Positions 1-12,850 of a stretch of DNA of 64,000 nt are shown piece after piece. The stretch lies in assembly GCA_004022145.1 (NCBI GenBank), contig RCNU01000012.1; one strand, written 5' to 3'. Within the stretch, counting starts at the first letter, position 1; the number at the start of each line of letters is the position of its first letter. A program made the position numbers and the translations under genes. The notes below the pieces were generated by a model. That model was given only the letters and a program-made list of their open reading frames with translations. It made no database searches and was not told the DNA's origin. This DNA is from Paecilomyces variotii (Eukaryota).

Positions 1-2
1 CC

Positions 3-1274
3 ATCCGCAAGCAGGTTAACGATTCTATTACTCTCGCCATTGGTGACGGTGCAAATGATATCGCGATGATCCAAGAAGCCCATGTCGGTATAGGTATAAC
101 TGGAAAAGAGGGTCTCCAAGCGGCCAGGATATCCGACTACTCGATCGCTCAGTTCAGATTTCTTCTGAAGTTACTTCTTGTGCACGGCCGTTGGAACTAT
201 GTCCGCGTTTGCAAGTACACACTGGGTACATTCTGGAAAGAGACACTGTTCTACCTGACCCAAGCTCTCTATCAGCACTGGAACGGGTACACGGGAACCA
301 GTTTGTACGAGCCGTGGAGTTTGAGTATGTTCAACACTCTCTTTACATCTCTGCCCGTCATTTTCCTGGGTATATTCGAAAAAGACCTTGCCGCGTCCAC
401 ACTTCTCGCTGTACCTGAGCTCTATACGAAGGGGCAGCGCCATGCTGGCTTCAACATCAGACTCTATCTCGGATGGGCTTTCATGGCCACATGTGAAGCG
501 GTTGTCATATTCTTCACGATGTGGGGTCTTTTTGGCGAGGCTATCATGAATATTGACGCTGGAATCTTCCCCATGGGTCTCCTCTGTTTCACCGCGTGTG
601 TAACTGTCATCAATATGAAGTTGCAGTTCTTGGAGATCCACTACAAGTCAGTATTATGTGTTGTCGTCATGATCATATCTGTCGGGGGCTGGTTCTTGTG
701 GAACATCATTCTCTCACGGCAATACAACAACATCTCCGGCAAAGGCGTGTACGACGTCCGTGACAATTTCCTGACCAGGACGGGCCAAAACTTGCCTTTC
801 TGGGTTGTACTCTTGCTCGCGGTTTCAGCAGTCCTCTTGCTTGAGTTCGCTGTCAGCGCAATTCGTGCTCTTCTCTTCCCCACCGACGTGGACATTTTCC
901 AGGAATTCGAGCAGGATCGCGAGATCCGCAAGCGCTTTGAAGAAGCAGCGGCAATGGAGTTGCAACAGGGTTGGGACAGAGGAAGTAAGAAATCTAGTTT
1001 TGAACTCGCCAGGGAGACCGAGGAGATGGAGGCTCGTGAGAAGCAAGTTCAAGAGCTCCTTGAGCGTCCCAGGGTTATGACAAAGACGGAATCTGGCCGA
1101 GAACAGGAAGTTGTAGACGTCGAGCTGGGAGCATATGATAATGGAGTCAGTGACTCCAGCGGAGAGGGTGAACATGATAGCTCCGGCGGTGCCGGGCCTC
1201 GTCGTTCTCTCGAAATTCACGAGTTGTTCAGCAAAGGGTTCGGTTCCATCAGGAAAGGTCATGATTTGCGATGA
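3..1274 (+). CDS. P4-type ATPase (phospholipid flippase, Dnf3-like), C-terminal part; 5' end lies outside the window
   Basis: Frame open from base 3: TLAIGDGANDIAMIQEAHVGIGITGKEGLQAARISDYSIAQFRFLLKLLLVHGRWNY, the P-domain hinge and P4-specific signature, followed by several TM helices (FNTLFTSLPVI, VPELY). Confidence 0.95.
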   Translation: MRKQVNDSITLAIGDGANDIAMIQEAHVGIGITGKEGLQAARISDYSIAQFRFLLKLLLVHGRWNYVRVCKYTLGTFWKETLFYLTQALYQHWNGYTGTSLYEPWSLSMFNTLFTSLPVIFLGIFEKDLAASTLLAVPELYTKGQRHAGFNIRLYLGWAFMATCEAVVIFFTMWGLFGEAIMNIDAGIFPMGLLCFTACVTVINMKLQFLEIHYKSVLCVVVMIISVGGWFLWNIILSRQYNNISGKGVYDVRDNFLTRTGQNLPFWVVLLLAVSAVLLLEFAVSAIRALLFPTDVDIFQEFEQDREIRKRFEEAAAMELQQGWDRGSKKSSFELARETEEMEAREKQVQELLERPRVMTKTESGREQEVVDVELGAYDNGVSDSSGEGEHDSSGGAGPRRSLEIHELFSKGFGSIRKGHDLR

Positions 1275-2330
1275 AAAATATCATGTTTGTTTTTAGTTTT
1301 TCTGTTTCGTTTAAAATACCCAAGGGTTCGGTCTCTCCTTTGAATTTACACATACATAGGCAGGCGTGTTTTGGCATTGCACTATACTTTGACTTTATTG
1401 CCCATGGATACTGTTCTGCAACTCTAGCATATGTTGCATCCTGCATGGCATTGTGATATCCTGCCGTCTAGCCACCAGGTACATACCTGATTTCTTATCT
1501 GTATATATACGGTTTGCAGATGCGGTGTGCCAGATAGCCATATTAGCAGCTAGTTGGATAGAATACGTTAGCTAGTCCTAATGTTCTAGCAGAACTTGTT
1601 CATACTTGAGGCCTGATGCTCGAACTAAACTTGAATAGTTACTACATACCTAGGTAGTATTATATCACTTTGTTAAGTGTTTGCTGGTCGCGGCCAGTGA
1701 TCTTAGGGTGCTTGTTTGCTTTGATCAACGTCCAGGTCGCGGGGCAGGAGCGGTGGGTGCCGAGGACGGTGAACCCTGTCCAGTTATTATTTTCTTCCTA
1801 GCAGGACTTATCCAGAGAACTAGAGTTCTTAACCCAATCTCGTCGCGTCTTGCCTTGCTAACAGCCTTCAGGGTCTAGCATCGCCTCATCCTTTCGTTTC
1901 GTGGTCACACTGCCTTCATCATCCCCGCTGTCTAGCAGCAGTCAGGCATCCAACAAACAGCAGTTGGTCGCCCACCGACTGCGCCGCCCAGTTTCAATAT
2001 CTAAGCAACGTCTGATATGCTCTCCAGATGTCAAGAACCAATTCATTATTGGTTTCTATCCGTCCTGGCTAGCCTGGACTCGGGCGCTTCCTTGGATATG
2101 ATTATTGGGCCACGATTCGCGGCGCTTATGCTGCATCAAACCAGCATGGCGAAACGCCGATCCGTTACACCCTGGTCAAATCCATGTAGCACAGCCTTGC
2201 TCGACAGGGTCAATTGTGCCTCTGTATGATGTATATATGTTAGCGATGCTTCGTCCATTCTTTGCGTTTGCGTTTGTATTTTACTGCTGTTGCGGCCCTC
2301 TGGAAACCGCCTCTTTGATATTTATGGGAA

Positions 2331-5300
2331 ATGCCATCCTTCAGTACCTCGCTTCCGGAGCTGAGAAAAAGCTTCACGCAAAGGACAAGACGGATCCGGG
2401 CGTCGTTTTATAAAGTCTCTGCGGACAAGAAGCTAATAGTGAAGGCAACCGCTGACCAAAACCTGCATCCGAATGAAAATGGAGCTATCCTTCATTGCCT
2501 GGAACCGAAAGGCGTTACCAGCGACCATCTTTGGAAGGAAGCATACGAAAAGCTTCAGCAGCAGCAGCCGGAGCTTATGAAGGACTTTGATGTTATTATG
2601 CGCACAGAGACTGGGACAGATGACTTTTGCCGCACCGTTCACGAAACCATTATCAACAAGAAGGTTGCTGCGTTCAGCAGCGATAAATGGAAATTCCGAC
2701 TCCGCAATAAGCCGATCTATGTGAGAGAAAGTGTCAATAATATTGTCAAGATTATTTCGTCACTTACAGCTTTCATGGAGCCCATATCAAATATGGAACC
2801 GCTCCATGCTGGGCTGCCCCTGGCAGCTGTGTGTCTCTTACTTTCTGTAAGTGGGAGTCTAGAGAAACCCAGTCACGCGGTATTTTAGCTATGAGAAACT
2901 GAGTAATGCGAATCAGTTTGCAGAGAACAATGAGGCCCAACGTACATCTCTCCTTGATGGATTGGAATATATCTCAACGACAATGCACTCTTTCACTGTT
3001 ACTGAAAGGATCTATCTGGCCGGAACGCTCACAAAAGCGACCAGTGACTTGAAACGTGCTATTATCGATGTATACGTACCAATCCTCGAATATGAGGTTC
3101 GGGCGTTGAGTTACTTCAATAAGAATCTGCTCAAACGATTTGGACGAAATGCTTTCAAATTTGATGACTGGAACGGCATGATCGATAAGATAAAGTCATA
3201 TGAAACTCACTGTAACACTTTCATCACGGTTTCCGACATTGAATGTCGTCAGGATCAAGCGCAACGGGTCCAGCTCTTGCTGGAAGAACTTGATCGCAGG
3301 AATGACGCACTGATCAGAGAAACGATTACCTGGCGGAAGAACGATCTTGAATATCAATGTTTTGAATGCTTTAGAACTATGGAGTATGAGCGCTACAAGG
3401 ATAAGAACCCTTGTCGTGTTCTCGGAACCTGCAATTGGTTTCTTGATCATCCAAGGTACCATAAGTGGCTGCAGGACCCGCAAGCGAAATTACTCTGGGT
3501 TTCGGCAGATCCAGGATGTGGGAAATCAGTATTGGCGAAGACATTGGTTGATGAGCAATTCATGAGCCTGAACTCGACCGCAGCGGATAATGTGTGCTAT
3601 TTCTTCTTCAAGGATGACGATCCAAGCTCAAGACAACCAACGAACGCCATAGCATCTTTTCTGCATCAGCTATTCACACAAAATCACTCCCTTATCAAAC
3701 ATGCTTTACCATCGTTCCAACGCAATGGAAACAAGTTGTCCGCGTTATTGCAGGAACAGTGGAATATACTGTTATCTGCCACTGCAGATCCCAGCTCAGG
3801 AACCACCATTTGTGTAATCGACGCACTCGACGAATGTGAAGATACAATGCGGAATTCATTCATCCAGTTACTTCGAGGTTTATCATCATCCCGTGAACCA
3901 CTTCAGCGTCTCAAGTTCCTTGTTACTGGGCGTCCATCGGCCTTCTATGGTCGCTTGACACCGGACGAAGTCCCTGGTACGGAAATTCGTCTCATGGGCG
4001 AGAGTGATCAAGAGAAGGAACATATCAGTCAAGAGATAGGGTTGTTTATCGATGCCAAGGTTGAAGCATTCCGCAGACAACGACAGCAATTAGGGCTTGA
4101 AGATGATGCCCACGAGATGATTCGAGAAAAGATCAATGCTGTCGACCACCGAACATATCTATGGCTATCTCTCATATTCCCAGAGCTAGCAGAAAATCCA
4201 GGTCTTGGGGTTGCACGACTGCGGCGGAAACTGGATCGAATCCCCCAAACGGTGGATGAAGCATATGAAAAGATATTGAACAGAACCACTGATAGAGGTA
4301 AAGCCCTGAGAATACTTCAATTGGTCGTGGCCGCCGCTCGCCCACTGACGCTAAAGGAGATGAATATGGCACTAGCATTAGCTGAAGTGGATGAAGTAGG
4401 CGAACTCAGCTTGGAGCCTGAGGTAACTTTCCAGGATACCCTGAAGAACAGTTGCGGTTCGTTCTTGGATATCAAGAACTCGACAATATATCTCATCCAC
4501 CAAACGGCTAAGGAATTCCTCCTGAGACATCAAGCTGCTTCTGAGAGATCAAGCTCCAGTTCATGGAAATCGTCGGTCGATTTTGAGGACGCAAACCTAT
4601 ATTTCGCCCAGATATGCGTGTCATACATCTTCCTTCCTCAGTTCGAAAGCGACATTATTATGGGCGATGTTTGGTGTCCTTCGGCCTCACAAATAGAAAA
4701 GCATGATCTCCTCAGATACGCTGCAAAATATTGGCCTCATCATCTCAACGAATGCACATCTGAAGCAAGTTCTCCGTTGGTGGATAACGCAATTGAGTTA
4801 TGCCATCCAGTTTCTGGCCGGTGTAAAAATTGGCTGGGGATATACTTATTCGAGCATCAGATCGACCTCAACTTGGATCGTTTTACAGATGAACTCGAGG
4901 TGATTGCTGTCACTGGCGTGAAACGTCTGCTAGAGGTTTATCTTCAAAGAGGAATCAACTCACTGGCAATGTTACAGGCCATTCTCCCTGCTCGTTTCGC
5001 TCAGCAATTTGATATTGAAAAGATCCTTCTAAGAGGAGGTGCAGAACCTCATCTAAGAACTGCGTACGGAGACACATACTTGTCTAATGCCGTGGCCTAT
5101 GGAGATTTCGCCGTCGTGAAAATGCTTCTCGATAGGGGCGCTGATCCTAATGAAGATGAATACGGTTCAAGTCCCCTATCCCGGGCAGCAGTCCATGGCT
5201 ATCACGACATAGTCCAAATACTACTGGAAAATGGTGCCCGCCTCGAATTTCGATGTAGAATGCGTGGCCGTACACCATTGTCATACGCGGTTGAGGGTAA

Positions 5301-6048
5301 ATACAGGAAACCAAGCTTTCATCAGCCCCCGTGCACATCCTCGCGACGTGACTACGCAAAAGTTACCGGAATATTACTTAGTCATGGGGCAGACATCTAT
5401 ACGCGGAGCCTTAACAGCCAGACACCACTCTACTATGCCATCACTGGTCAGAATACAGAAGGAGCGAAGCTACTTTTGGACTCAGGTGTCGACCCAAACT
5501 CTAAACTCTGCCAAAGGGAATTCGCCCTTCATGTTGCAGCTACAAATGAAGATGCGGCCATCGTGGAATTACTGCTTAGTAGGGGTGCCATGCTAGACAT
5601 ATTGGATGACTATGGACGCACCCCATTGTCACACGCTGCTGAGTGCGGGAGATTCGATACTGCTAGAGTTCTGCTTGATAATGGGGCGCATCCAGATCCG
5701 ATAGACAATAAAGGTCGGACACCTCTTTATTATGCAGCGGAAAGCGGAGAGGGGAAACTTTTCAGGATGCTCCTCGACAAGGATGCCAACCCCGACTCGA
5801 CAGATGCATGTAGCAGCACCGCTCTTTGGGCTGCTTGTTCATACGGTCACATCAATATCGTCAAGATGTTACTTGACAGGGTGAATAATCTCAACCCGGT
5901 CACGACTTGGGGTGAAACCGCACTGTCTGTTGCAGAGCGCCGCGGCCATGGACGTATTGTTGAACTATTGCAAGAAGCAATCAGGAACAAAAGCTCAAAT
6001 GAGCCGTCTCTTGAGTCAGAAGTGCAATTGCCCTCCAAGGTACTCTAG
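2331..6048 (+). CDS. NLR-like NACHT-ankyrin protein (N-terminal helical NACHT_N-type domain, NACHT NTPase, winged helix, ankyrin repeats), about 1215 aa
   Basis: Exon 2331-2846, GTAAGT..CAG intron 2847-2916, exon 2917-6048 join in frame. Walker A SADPGCGKS, Walker B ICVIDALDEC, KFLVTGRP, winged-helix IYLIHQTAKEFL, multiple ankyrin repeats (GRTPLSHAAECG, GRTPLYYAAESG, GETALSVAERRGH). Confidence 0.9.
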
Positions 6049-7528
6049 CATGATCATCACGAAGAGCTCCCAGAAACTGCGATGAGAGGAAATATACCCG
6101 TTTTAAGTGCAATTTGTCTCTACGCTTGGGGACCAAATATACTGCCGAGTTTACGCCAAAGCACGTCTGGAATTGCTAATTTCCTCGTATTCTTTTTGGT
6201 TGAATCTTGTATGTTATTTTTTTTTTCTCCCACAGTTACATGCAGGTTTCGGACCTTTTTCTTTTTGGAAAGTTTCTGTAGAGCATCTAGTCTCTTGGTG
6301 AAGAGTTGATTTCTGCCATAGAGTTTCCAGCGTCCTGGCTAATACCGCCTGGATCATATACTTATACCAATAGATAGTTTTGAGCAATATACCTTTTTTG
6401 GATTCATATTATCATGTCTTGAACTTGAAGGTTGGGAACTTTCTTTTCTTTCTTTTTGGCATGGAATCTAGTGTTTTGGGAGGATATAGCTTGCAGCACG
6501 GTACCAGCGCATAATTCCCAGGATGCTCAGAATGCCATTGACATGGTTCTCCTCCGTACAGACAGCCGGATTATTGTTCCTGGCTTGATCCGGTCGAAGG
6601 AAAAAAAAGCGAGTTTCTTTCGACGCCACAGGTCGGTAAAGATGCCGTGATCGCTGGACGGCTTACCCAGGACGGCTTGTTTTGAAAGGCTTTAACAAAG
6701 TTCAGTTATGAACCAGAGAAAGGCATTGACGGGGTCTTAACGGTTTGACCAGCGTCAGGGCCTTCCGGGAGGTAGACTACAATACATGTACGCATGCAGT
6801 CAGTCTCACAGCATCTGTCTCGGTTGTCTCTCGGAGATTATCAGATCATTCGATCAGAATGCGGCCGTGTGGCTGGCGATAACTCGACTGGGATCTAATT
6901 TCGAACCCAAGATCCTATACCTCACAACCTCGACGTCATGTTGCAGCCTTGCGTGGCCAACTCAGTTGAAGCCTTGTCCCGGGATAGGATTCATCATCGT
7001 CCATGGTCTAAAGGCGAGGACGCGCATTCCTCTTGGCTTACACCCCGCCTTGGCGTTTCTGATGGCTCGCCGAGCCCAATGACAGGCCGGGTTTGCTGAT
7101 TATCAAACCGACTCTGGCACTCCCCGAGATGCGTCGTGCGATCCCTTCCGTTTTGCGGCCAAGTTGGACGGCAGCGGCCATTCAGAATTTCAGAAGGAGC
7201 AGCGGAAGAAGACGCCGGCCGTGCAACGCCAGTCGACCTGAGAGTATCTCCCCAACGGTCAATCATCACTGGAAGGGGAGGGAGACACGGTTCCACTGAT
7301 GATCCTGACCTGGGAGGGAATCGCTCTACAATGGGCCCCATGGTCCACCCTCCGGTTCTTCATATGGAACAGTTTATGAACGGAACTGTGAGCCCGCATC
7401 TTTCGGTCACCGGCCGCTGATGTCGAGACGGCTCGTCACTCAGTATCTCTTTCCTCAAGAACCAAGATCAAGGGTGGACATCCATGTGCTGCTCTCCTGC
7501 CCACCATCCTTCCGATCGATGAACAGCA

Positions 7529-8974
7529 ATGTGGATGAAGACGTTGGAGAAGCTCTCCCGCGGTAGCTCCGCACCCAGCAGGAAGATTGGCCGTCTGCTT
7601 ATTGCCTCTCTCCTCGTGGCAAGCTGTTTGTTGCTATGGAACAACTTCAAGACCAGCTTCAATCAGAGCCGACTGCTAGCCAGCTTCAGACAATCGAAAT
7701 CCTCACCACAACCGCCATTACCACACTCCTGCAATGCTACAACAGAGACTATTGAGCGATACCAGCTCACGAGGCCGGTACAGTTCTTGCGGCGGGAGAT
7801 CATCGCCAGTCGATCGTCGTCCGACCTGAAATTTTCAGAACCGCTGGACGCCCCTCTGTTCGACTATCGCAGCGCGAATCTGACAGCCCAGCTGCTCGGA
7901 GAGCAAACGCTGGACGCTTGCTCGCACCCTCTTACCGTACCGGTCCCCACGCCGCCGGCGCAGGTGGACGCCTCACATATCGACTTTGGGGTGGCGACGA
8001 CATATGATCGATTATACGAGTCGTTGGACCAGTTCGCGCACTGGGCTGGCAATAGCAATGCGCGCATCTTCGCTCTGATCGAGCCGCATGGCGGCCACCA
8101 CACGATGATGAACAAGGCCCAAAGCCTGGGAATCCATTTGCATATTGTTGAGTCGGATATCGAATATAACGCGCGATATTTCTCATTGCTGAAGCTGCTC
8201 GAAGAAAATGCACTGGAAGAGACGGAATGGTCCTGCATCATCGACGATGACACGTTTTTCCTGTCGATGCCTGCGCTCGTTAAACGACTCGATCAGTACG
8301 ACTCGTCGAAGCCGCTCTATATTGGCGGCTTGTCGGAAAGTGTCGCGCAGATCGCAGTGTTTGGCATCATGGGCTTCGGCGGCGCCGGCGTTTTCGTCTC
8401 GCGACCGCTTCTGGACCAGCTCAGCGAGGTATTCGCCGAATGTCAAGCAATGGAAGGGACGGGAGACAAGAAGATCTCCCAATGTATCTACCAGCACACG
8501 TCGACGAAATTCATCGACGACCAGGGCCTGCGCCAGCTCGACCTGATGGACGACGCGTCTGGATTCTTCGAAGCTGGTCGCGAACAACCGTTGTCCGTCC
8601 ACCACTGGAAATCATGGTACCAGGCCGACATGATCAAACTGGCCACCATCTCCAAAATCTGCGGCGACACCTGCCTACTCCGCCAGTGGCGTTTCTCCGA
8701 CGACTGGATCCTCACCAACGGCTACTCGATCGTCAAGCGCAGTCGAGAAATTGCCCCAGGCACAATGGAGCGAACGTGGACCTACCACAACGGTGCAGTG
8801 CTGGAATCCTACTTCCACGCCCTGGGCCCTCTCGAAGACATAGACCCCGGAAAGATCAGCTATCGTATGGAAGACTCCATTATCGAAGAAGACGGTCGCG
8901 TAAGGCAATTCTACATCCATCGAGATGACGTCGAAGGCGATCGCGTGATCGAGTTAGTATGGCGATCTGAATGA
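7529..8974 (+). CDS. Glycosyltransferase family 31 (Fringe-like), type II membrane protein
   Basis: 481-aa intronless ORF with N-terminal TM anchor (LLIASLLVASCLLLW), FGVATT, DxD motif IIDDDTFF, YIGGLSE, GFGGAGVFVSRPL, PLSVHHWKSW. Confidence 0.85.
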   Translation: MWMKTLEKLSRGSSAPSRKIGRLLIASLLVASCLLLWNNFKTSFNQSRLLASFRQSKSSPQPPLPHSCNATTETIERYQLTRPVQFLRREIIASRSSSDLKFSEPLDAPLFDYRSANLTAQLLGEQTLDACSHPLTVPVPTPPAQVDASHIDFGVATTYDRLYESLDQFAHWAGNSNARIFALIEPHGGHHTMMNKAQSLGIHLHIVESDIEYNARYFSLLKLLEENALEETEWSCIIDDDTFFLSMPALVKRLDQYDSSKPLYIGGLSESVAQIAVFGIMGFGGAGVFVSRPLLDQLSEVFAECQAMEGTGDKKISQCIYQHTSTKFIDDQGLRQLDLMDDASGFFEAGREQPLSVHHWKSWYQADMIKLATISKICGDTCLLRQWRFSDDWILTNGYSIVKRSREIAPGTMERTWTYHNGAVLESYFHALGPLEDIDPGKISYRMEDSIIEEDGRVRQFYIHRDDVEGDRVIELVWRSE

Positions 8975-9627
8975 TCCGATAAATTTTCATTGATGGCTTC
9001 TTTCTGATCTGACTGGCGTTTCTTATCATTCCTGGTGTGCGTGCATGCGTGTAGAAGGGAGTTTTCGCGAACATTGGTTAACTACTTTCTCTCCTGAGAT
9101 CGAATCGAAAATGGTTATGACTAATTAGTAACTATGCTTAAACATTTTCGTTCTCTGTCATTTTATTTTCTGTTACTTTTTTGCTACTTTTCTATTTTTT
9201 TCTTTCTTTCTTATTATTTAGATTGATATCCATGGTAGCAAGAGCCAGTCACGGAGATGAGGAAACAGACGATTAATGTGTATTCTTAGAAACTAAAACT
9301 AATCTCTTCAAAGTTGCTTCTTCGCTGGAGGACTAAGTAATAATTCGTAGTTTAATAATTCAATAATTTATGTATTCATGTAGTCATGTAGTCATCACCG
9401 TTAGAGATCATACTGACTGCAAGTACTGTTTATGTATGTATGTACATACATCCATGGCGCAAACATGCGCGTCATGATGATGGGGTTAAATATCCACGAA
9501 ACAAAGAAAGTATATATATATATACAGCCCATAATCAAATGGAAAGAAAAAATAATTCAAATAAACCGCTCGAACTCCTCGACCCAAAAAAAGGGATGGA
9601 TATCAGGACGGACCCAATGTAATTGAT

Positions 9628-11638
9628 TCAAATAACCAACGCTGAAGCCATACCCAGCGTATAGTTTCCATTTTCAACCTCACAATAATTCTCAGTATCA
9701 TCAGACATATCATCATGATTGTTAATGTTAATGTCAATGTCAATGTTATTGTCAATGTTCGCGTCAGTGCCACTATCAGCATTATCAACCCAAAACAACA
9801 GATCTGACTCCACGTCCTGTATAGTATTACTAGGCGTATCAAGACCTAATATACTCCTTGAGCGTTCCAGGAGTTCTGGAAAGAGATATGATTGCGAGCC
9901 CCTGCTTTTGGATAATGCGTTGAGCATACCCCAGAGAAGTTCGCGGGGGTCGATGATTGTTAATGCGAGGCGTTGTGTGGCTGCGAAGCGTAATGAGCAT
10001 GCTACGTCTGCGATGGAGGTGCCTAGGTCGAAGAGTTTTTGTTCCTGTGTGTTCCAATGGAGGGGGTTAGTTAGGGGATGGTTTTGAAGGGAGGGAGGGA
10101 AGGAAAGGAAAGGGGAGGGGGGGGTCTTACCATCCCTATTCCATGCGCATCGAGCGCGCCCTGCGATACTGAACCTATCACGTCCATCACGGCTTTTCCT
10201 ACCAAAATGGGAAGATGGAAAGGAAGAACCGGCCCTCTGGTAGTAGTAGAGATAGGTATTATGGATTGTTGCGAAGAAGAAGAAGAAGAGTGACGGTGAC
10301 GATGACGATGACGATGATGAGCCAGGAAAGAAAGAGCCCACATTTTAGCTTGCAGCCATTGCTGCGTGATGAGGATATCGACTTGTTGAATCTCAAGCAC
10401 GCCGTCTAGCGTGATCTGGTTGGAGAGGTTGGATTGGATGGTGCGCGTGGGCGGTAGTTCGGAGTATCTGCTATCGCAGCCGGTGGAGACCCAGTCGTAG
10501 AGATTGACTGTGAGGGTTTCGAAGATGTTGATGAGGTTGAGGAAGCCGTATGTGAGGATGGGGTCGTCTGCGTAGAGAACTTTGGGTTTTTCGATCGAGT
10601 TTCGTAGCATTACGGGTTTGGCGCGTTGGAGGGCGTATGCTCTGGATGGAAGTTAGGAATCAAGGGTGAAATTGGGGGTGAAATTGGGAGGAGTGATTAT
10701 GTTATGTATTACCTTTCTGTTATGAAGAGTAGCCAGAAGACTCGTCTGCTCTCTTCTGCATCAACTATGTCCATGGTGGAATATGTTGATTCCCGATGTA
10801 AGCCTAGGGTATGTGCCATGGAGATGCTCTGGCTGAGGTAGAACCATGCATGGTCTTCTTTGTCTAAGTTTCCATAGGCGGCGAACAAGAAGAATGATGT
10901 TAATATGCTTTCGATGTTGACGTTGCTTAGCAGATCTAATTCTGCTCTTGCCCTTACTGCTTCGGTCAGGAGAGCCTCCCCATGCGGAGATGATGAACCG
11001 TGAGTGCTGCTGGAGTCTGTTCCTGAGGGGTCTGTCATGGACGACCCATCTCCATCGAGATTCAGTTGGATATGCGTCGCCGCGCATAGGGATGCCATGA
11101 AGGCATATCTCTGCGGAGACAGTTTGAGCGGTTCTGCACTGTCTGATAGCAACTGCTCCCGATGCACGACCGGCATGATGGGGAATAAGTACTTCAGGAA
11201 CACGTTCGCATGGGCGAGTAGAACCAGTGATGAGAGGCGTCTCGCGTGCGGACGCAACAGGGCGCTACTATCAGAGTCATATTGGAGGTTCAATGTCTTC
11301 AGAGAGGATGTGGATTCAGAGGATGAATAATTGCGCCGGTACAGATCTGGTGGAACCTGGTCTTGTTCTCCGGACCGTGTTGACGATTCTGTAGAGTCTT
11401 CATTGTGTGGATGAGAGCAGTATGTCGGGCTTCGACGATCTGTGGAGTGGAGTGGCGCCAACAGAGAGAGCCTGCGGAACTTCGGGCCCTTCCGCTGGAG
11501 AATATGAGCGTAGGTACATGAAAGGAGTAGTCTCTGGCATTTGTCGCAGGGATTGGCGCGGTTGCATTTGATCTTTCGCCGACGACAGTTGTCGCAGGCT
11601 TGTTTCTGCGGCTTGGGTGTTGATGCTGGTGATTCCAT
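9628..11638 (-). CDS. amyR: Zn(II)2Cys6 amylolytic transcriptional activator AmyR, about 617 aa
   Basis: ACDNCRRRKIKCNRANPCDKCQRLLLSC binuclear cluster followed by RKGPK; fungal TF middle domain (RRVFWLLFITERAYALQ). Introns 10642-10712 and 10045-10130 restore HGIGM/EQKLFDLG. Divergent from agdA as in Aspergillus amylolytic clusters. Confidence 0.92.
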
Positions 11639-11858
11639 TATGGTCCGCGGCTAATGAAGTATTTAACAAGAAACAATTAGGTGGGGAGTAAGTAAACAAC
11701 TCCTGAGAGGGATGTTTATATCTTCGGTTCGACTTTGTATATTATATGATGCTCCTTTGCCCGGTAACAGACCAGACCAGGGCTCACTGTGCGAATGTCC
11801 GTGCAAGGCCCGGGATGGAATATGGCGTGCCTGTTCGATGCAGAAATCGGGAGAAGAC

Positions 11859-12021
11859 CTGGGGTAGCGCGGGGTTGATGGCCGTTTTGGCGTCCGGTGA
11901 AGACTTTCGACGTCTGGAAGGAGGATAGTAAAGACATCTGGGGTTGACAGTCTGTCGAGTGCACTAAGATCGAAGATCCCTGATCGTCCTATCCTCTTAA
12001 TTCATCGGCTATAATCCGGGG
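11859..12021. promoter_or_regulatory. Cluster of CreA carbon-catabolite-repressor consensus sites (SYGGRG) upstream of amyR
   Basis: CTGGGG 11859, GCGGGG 11869, CTGGGG 11938, CCGGGG 12016, all 220-380 bp upstream of the amyR ATG. Confidence 0.55.
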
Positions 12022-12205
12022 ACGTGCTCGATTATTTTTTTGCGTCAATTTTTGCTTCACGCCGTTCCAGGTTGCTTACTACGGACGATGACCCGCTTAG
12101 TTCTGTTTCTATCACATGTTGGAACTAGAACTACTTAGTGAATTAGGTATACTAGCTGACTTTATGACCTTAAACGAAGTCGAATTGGGCTAAGTCCTTA
12201 CACCT

Positions 12206-12510
12206 TTGCGGCATGTCTTTCACTCGGAACTCGATCATTTTGAGCGAGAGGTGCTCGTCCAGGCCTTCTGCAACGAACGCGACTCCCATCATGTGCTCAT
12301 TTGCTCGTTTTACGTCAACAGCGCAACCTGCAGCGCTGATGCCGTAACGTCCACCTATTCGATGTTACCCATATCGGATCGGTACGTTCAACAGGCGGTG
12401 GTCCGGCGATTGGGGCAGAAGCATACCGTATCGTCAAGGTATATGACTACTACTACTACCTGACGCGATCGTTCAACACGCGCCAACTTTGCCTCAACTT
12501 GAACAAGCTC
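12206..12510 (+). pseudogene. Degraded fragment of an SNF2-like helicase C-terminal (Helicase_C) domain
   Basis: Switching frames gives VFHSELDHFEREVLVQAF..VLICSFYVNS / NLQR*CRNVHLFDV / QQAVVRRLGQKHTV / VKVYDYY..RSFN, resembling helicase motifs IV, V and VI, with an in-frame stop and frameshifts. Confidence 0.6.
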
Positions 12511-12850
12511 TTCCTCGAACTTCGTTCAGCAAGCTGCTGCCTGCCGAATTAAATCACGTGAAAGTTTATCCCTTGACGGCTTGACTAAGTATCAACCAGC
12601 AAGAAACGACAACCCAAGTCAAGGAAGGATCTGAGAGAAGTATTCTGGCCTATGTTTTGTTGAGGTATGTCAACCTGCTTCCTACATGCAGCATATCCTG
12701 GTATTGGCTAAGCAGACATCATGGCTGACAGAGACAAGGTGTTAACTAACTTAACTAATTCGTTATACAAAGGTACAAATTTACCTTATCAGTCAGTGAT
12801 TACCTCTTCGAAAATTTCCCATTAGGGAAATTTCTTCGAGAACTTCACTG

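Noticed and set aside
2331..2530. Amyloid signalling motif at the NLR N-terminus
   Set aside because: No G/N/Q-rich pseudo-repeat (HET-s, PP or sigma type) and no neighbouring effector gene visible.
7331..7420. Met-rich short ORF upstream of the GT31 gene as a regulatory uORF
   Set aside because: The transcription start is unknown and there is no conservation evidence.
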